A stretch of DNA of 63,803 bases, counting the filler, from Parasitella parasitica NRRL 2501 (Eukaryota > Fungi > Mucoromycota), in assembly GCA_025201805.1 (NCBI GenBank). It is 14 parts of 14 records of this genome, joined end to end, with 100 filler letters (N's around TTAATTAATTAA, not from the genome) between each part and the next. Parts side by side here need not be neighbours in the genome. Positions count along the whole stretch, not along the records: positions 36,679 to 62,410 come from MU619381.1; positions 62,511 to 63,803 come from MU619651.1; 12 more parts are not named here. One strand, written 5' to 3'. Positions 61,643 through 63,803 of this stretch are shown piece after piece; within the stretch, counting starts at the first letter, position 1, and every line of letters begins with the position of its first letter. The notes under the pieces are model-generated. The model did no database searches and had not been told where the DNA came from. It saw only the letters and a program-made list of their open reading frames with translations. A program made the position numbers and the translations under genes.

Positions 61643-63011
61643 TAAAGATCATTTGAAATGTTAATGCCTAGTTTTGTAATACGAAAACGGGTCCAACATG
61701 GCTCTCCATCCCTCTCCATCTCATGTAATGCACACGTTGTTATCCAGGTTAAATTGATGAACGTTGTAAAGTAGTGCTAAACGATGGTCGCTTTGATACG
61801 GATGTTTTATCTTTACTAACAAGTTGTATTAATGGGCTGATGGATGGATGGAATCGTACTCCATCCAATTATCTAATGTTGATGATCCATCCACACCAAA
61901 CATCGATTTGCCATACATCTTTTATTATTTCCAACTAATTATCCTTGCTCTGGGAGATGCTGTGGTATTGAATTGAGGTTTTTTGAGCCATGTTTACCCC
62001 CATGTATATGGTGAAATACGAACCATATTGGATTAGAGGAGGAACAAACTGTGGCCAGCAAATTTCATCTTCTTGTAATCAGTGCGGAGCTCAACACACT
62101 AACAATGTTTTACTGGGCAATATGATTCCGGTTTGGACGTCTTTACTTTCCATTTACAGATCAGTCTTTCAATAGGTCCGGTAGCTTCAGTTACTTGTGC
62201 AACTTGATGTAGTAAGTTACCAGTTGCAGTATTTAATCCTGTAAAAAATCAAAATGTTGCCGAAGCGAAGGCTGGAAATGTGGTAAATGCTCTCAGAGCC
62301 ACGCTTTATTTTTCATATATATAGTAATAATAAATTTGAATCCCTTTCTTCCCTATATCTTTCAATGCTGCTATGTGATAATATATAATTCAATTTTTTT
62401 TTTTTTTTTTNNNNNNNNNNNNNNNNNNNNNNNNNNNNNNNNNNNNNNNNNNNNTTAATTAATTAANNNNNNNNNNNNNNNNNNNNNNNNNNNNNNNNNN
62501 NNNNNNNNNNGTTGGTTTGGTAAAATTTATTGGTAGCAGAACCAAATTCTCAGTCATAGCACCATCTCATGTATTTGAGGCTGATATGTCAGTAGATGCT
62601 GGCAACATCGTTAATTTATAGCTTACCTTATTTCTTTCTGTAAATAAAAAAAACAGAAGATACGCTGTATGATTTTTTTTTTGTTTTTTATACGAGCTGA
62701 GGCTAATTATCACTGTCACCATTAGACCATCTTAAGATGCACATGTGCATAATACTTCCATTTAATAAAATTACAATTGATATATCTCGACAATGAGAGG
62801 TCGCCATGACTCCAAATTAACTCGTATATTCTTTAAATTACCTAAGCTATCACAACCAGTGCTTATATTGCAATCTAGTTACTTTGATAAGTTACGTTAA
62901 AAACCTTGATCATCTTGCTATGCACATTTGAACAGCTTAATGTGCCCATTTTTTTTTATTATGCCCATTTGTGCATATTATTATACCCATGGGAATACTA
63001 CTTCGGCCGTA

Positions 63012-63803
63012 GTGCGTAGCACTGGTGCTCCCGCTCCTGTCAAGATACTCAGCTATGCGGATGATTTAGAGGTGTTTTTGTCTTCCCCAGATGAGTGGCC
63101 AGTCTTGTTGTCTCTATTGGATGCAGTATGTATGGCCGAGCGTCTAACGCGAAGGTCAATCTTAGCAAGACTGTGCTGGTGTCTCTTTCTGGTAGGCCGC
63201 ATTCCGCTTGGGTTGCTTTGGCGCATGCTGCTGGTATCCAGTGGCATGATGCTCTCTCTTGTGGTGCGGTCGGATACTTGGGTTATCCCTTGTATCATAC
63301 TGATAGTCAACTGAGTGATTTTCTAAATGACTTATTAGTAAAGGTCCAAAGGCACTGCAACTTGTTGAAGCAAAGAAATCTCTCCATTCGGGGAGCTGTG
63401 TTGTGCCAGAAAGGCATGAGATTAAGCAATTATTAGATTGGTAATTCTTTGTATACAATGACAAGGAATAAGCTATTAATGTACAGTAGAACATGTAATA
63501 AACTTGGTATTACATACCAAGTTCAATGTTTAACCATGATGACAAATAGTGTTACAAGTAAGAGATATAATCTAGTATAAAAAGATGGCATTTTCTTATC
63601 AATAAAGTCATTAGTTTTTGTGTCTGATTTTATTTTTATAAAGTTATACATTTTTTTGAGCAGATCATATTTATATATCCTCTGCGCATAACAAGCTGAA
63701 CTTGTGGCTAACTCGTTGCTGTTGTCCAAGGTCTATCATGTGTTGCGTGTTGTTCCTGGTGGCCCTGCTACTGAGTCGTGGGTGATGGCTCTCAAGAAAG
63801 TAG
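63012..63803 (+). pseudogene. Second degenerate copy of the LINE RT region (matches ~11215-11700)
   Basis: Near-identical nucleotide sequence (GTCAAGAT..AGCTATGC.GATGAT), with a frameshift and an LTR insertion. Confidence 0.92.
63399..63693. mobile_element. 295-bp solo LTR with 5-bp TSD AGCTG
   Basis: AGCTG|TGTTGTGC...GCATAACA|AGCTG. The empty site GGGAGCTGGACTTG is seen in the copy at ~11586. Confidence 0.93.

Noticed and set aside
4748-62510. Recurrent TTAATTAATTAA palindrome in N-runs, and ORFs running through Ns
   Set aside because: It is an artificial scaffolding linker. The poly-X ORFs (e.g. 19204-20618, 49905-50250) are artefacts.

Overview
Eukaryotic fungal DNA, most consistent with a Mucorales genome (AT-rich, about 50-70 nt GT-AG introns, Mucorales-type LINE ORF1 and Tc1/IS630 transposases). 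It is a pseudo-scaffold: 13 N-runs carry an artificial TTAATTAATTAA linker, so adjacency across them is not evidence of physical linkage. Positions ~1-36.6 kb are mostly nested transposable elements: Tc1/IS630 DD34E transposons, CACTA-type ends, MITEs, L1/Tx1-like LINE ORF1 and ORF2 pieces, a Ty3/Gypsy gag-pol, solo LTRs and two Fanzor (eukaryotic TnpB) fragments. This part also holds two tRNAs and PDCD2. Positions ~37-62 kb are a housekeeping block: an SDR, glycogenin, PTH2, PPP4R2, an integrase-H2C2-domain protein, a RING-BRCT protein, a RanBP9/GID1-like gene, a BK/Slo K+ channel and RPS25. Best novel candidate: two diverged paralogues (1121-2906 and 7374-9055) encode C2H2 zinc fingers fused to a domain that aligns by eye with the AAG/MPG alkylpurine DNA glycosylase fold. 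Each lies between inverted arms built from its own short iterated motif, which suggests a TIR-type mobile element carrying a sequence-targeted DNA glycosylase. Also notable are an intron-containing Fanzor disrupted by a MITE, a Fanzor 3' end with a candidate omegaRNA, and an unidentified ~260-nt structured RNA at ~36 kb. All calls come from manual reading; no database searches were run.
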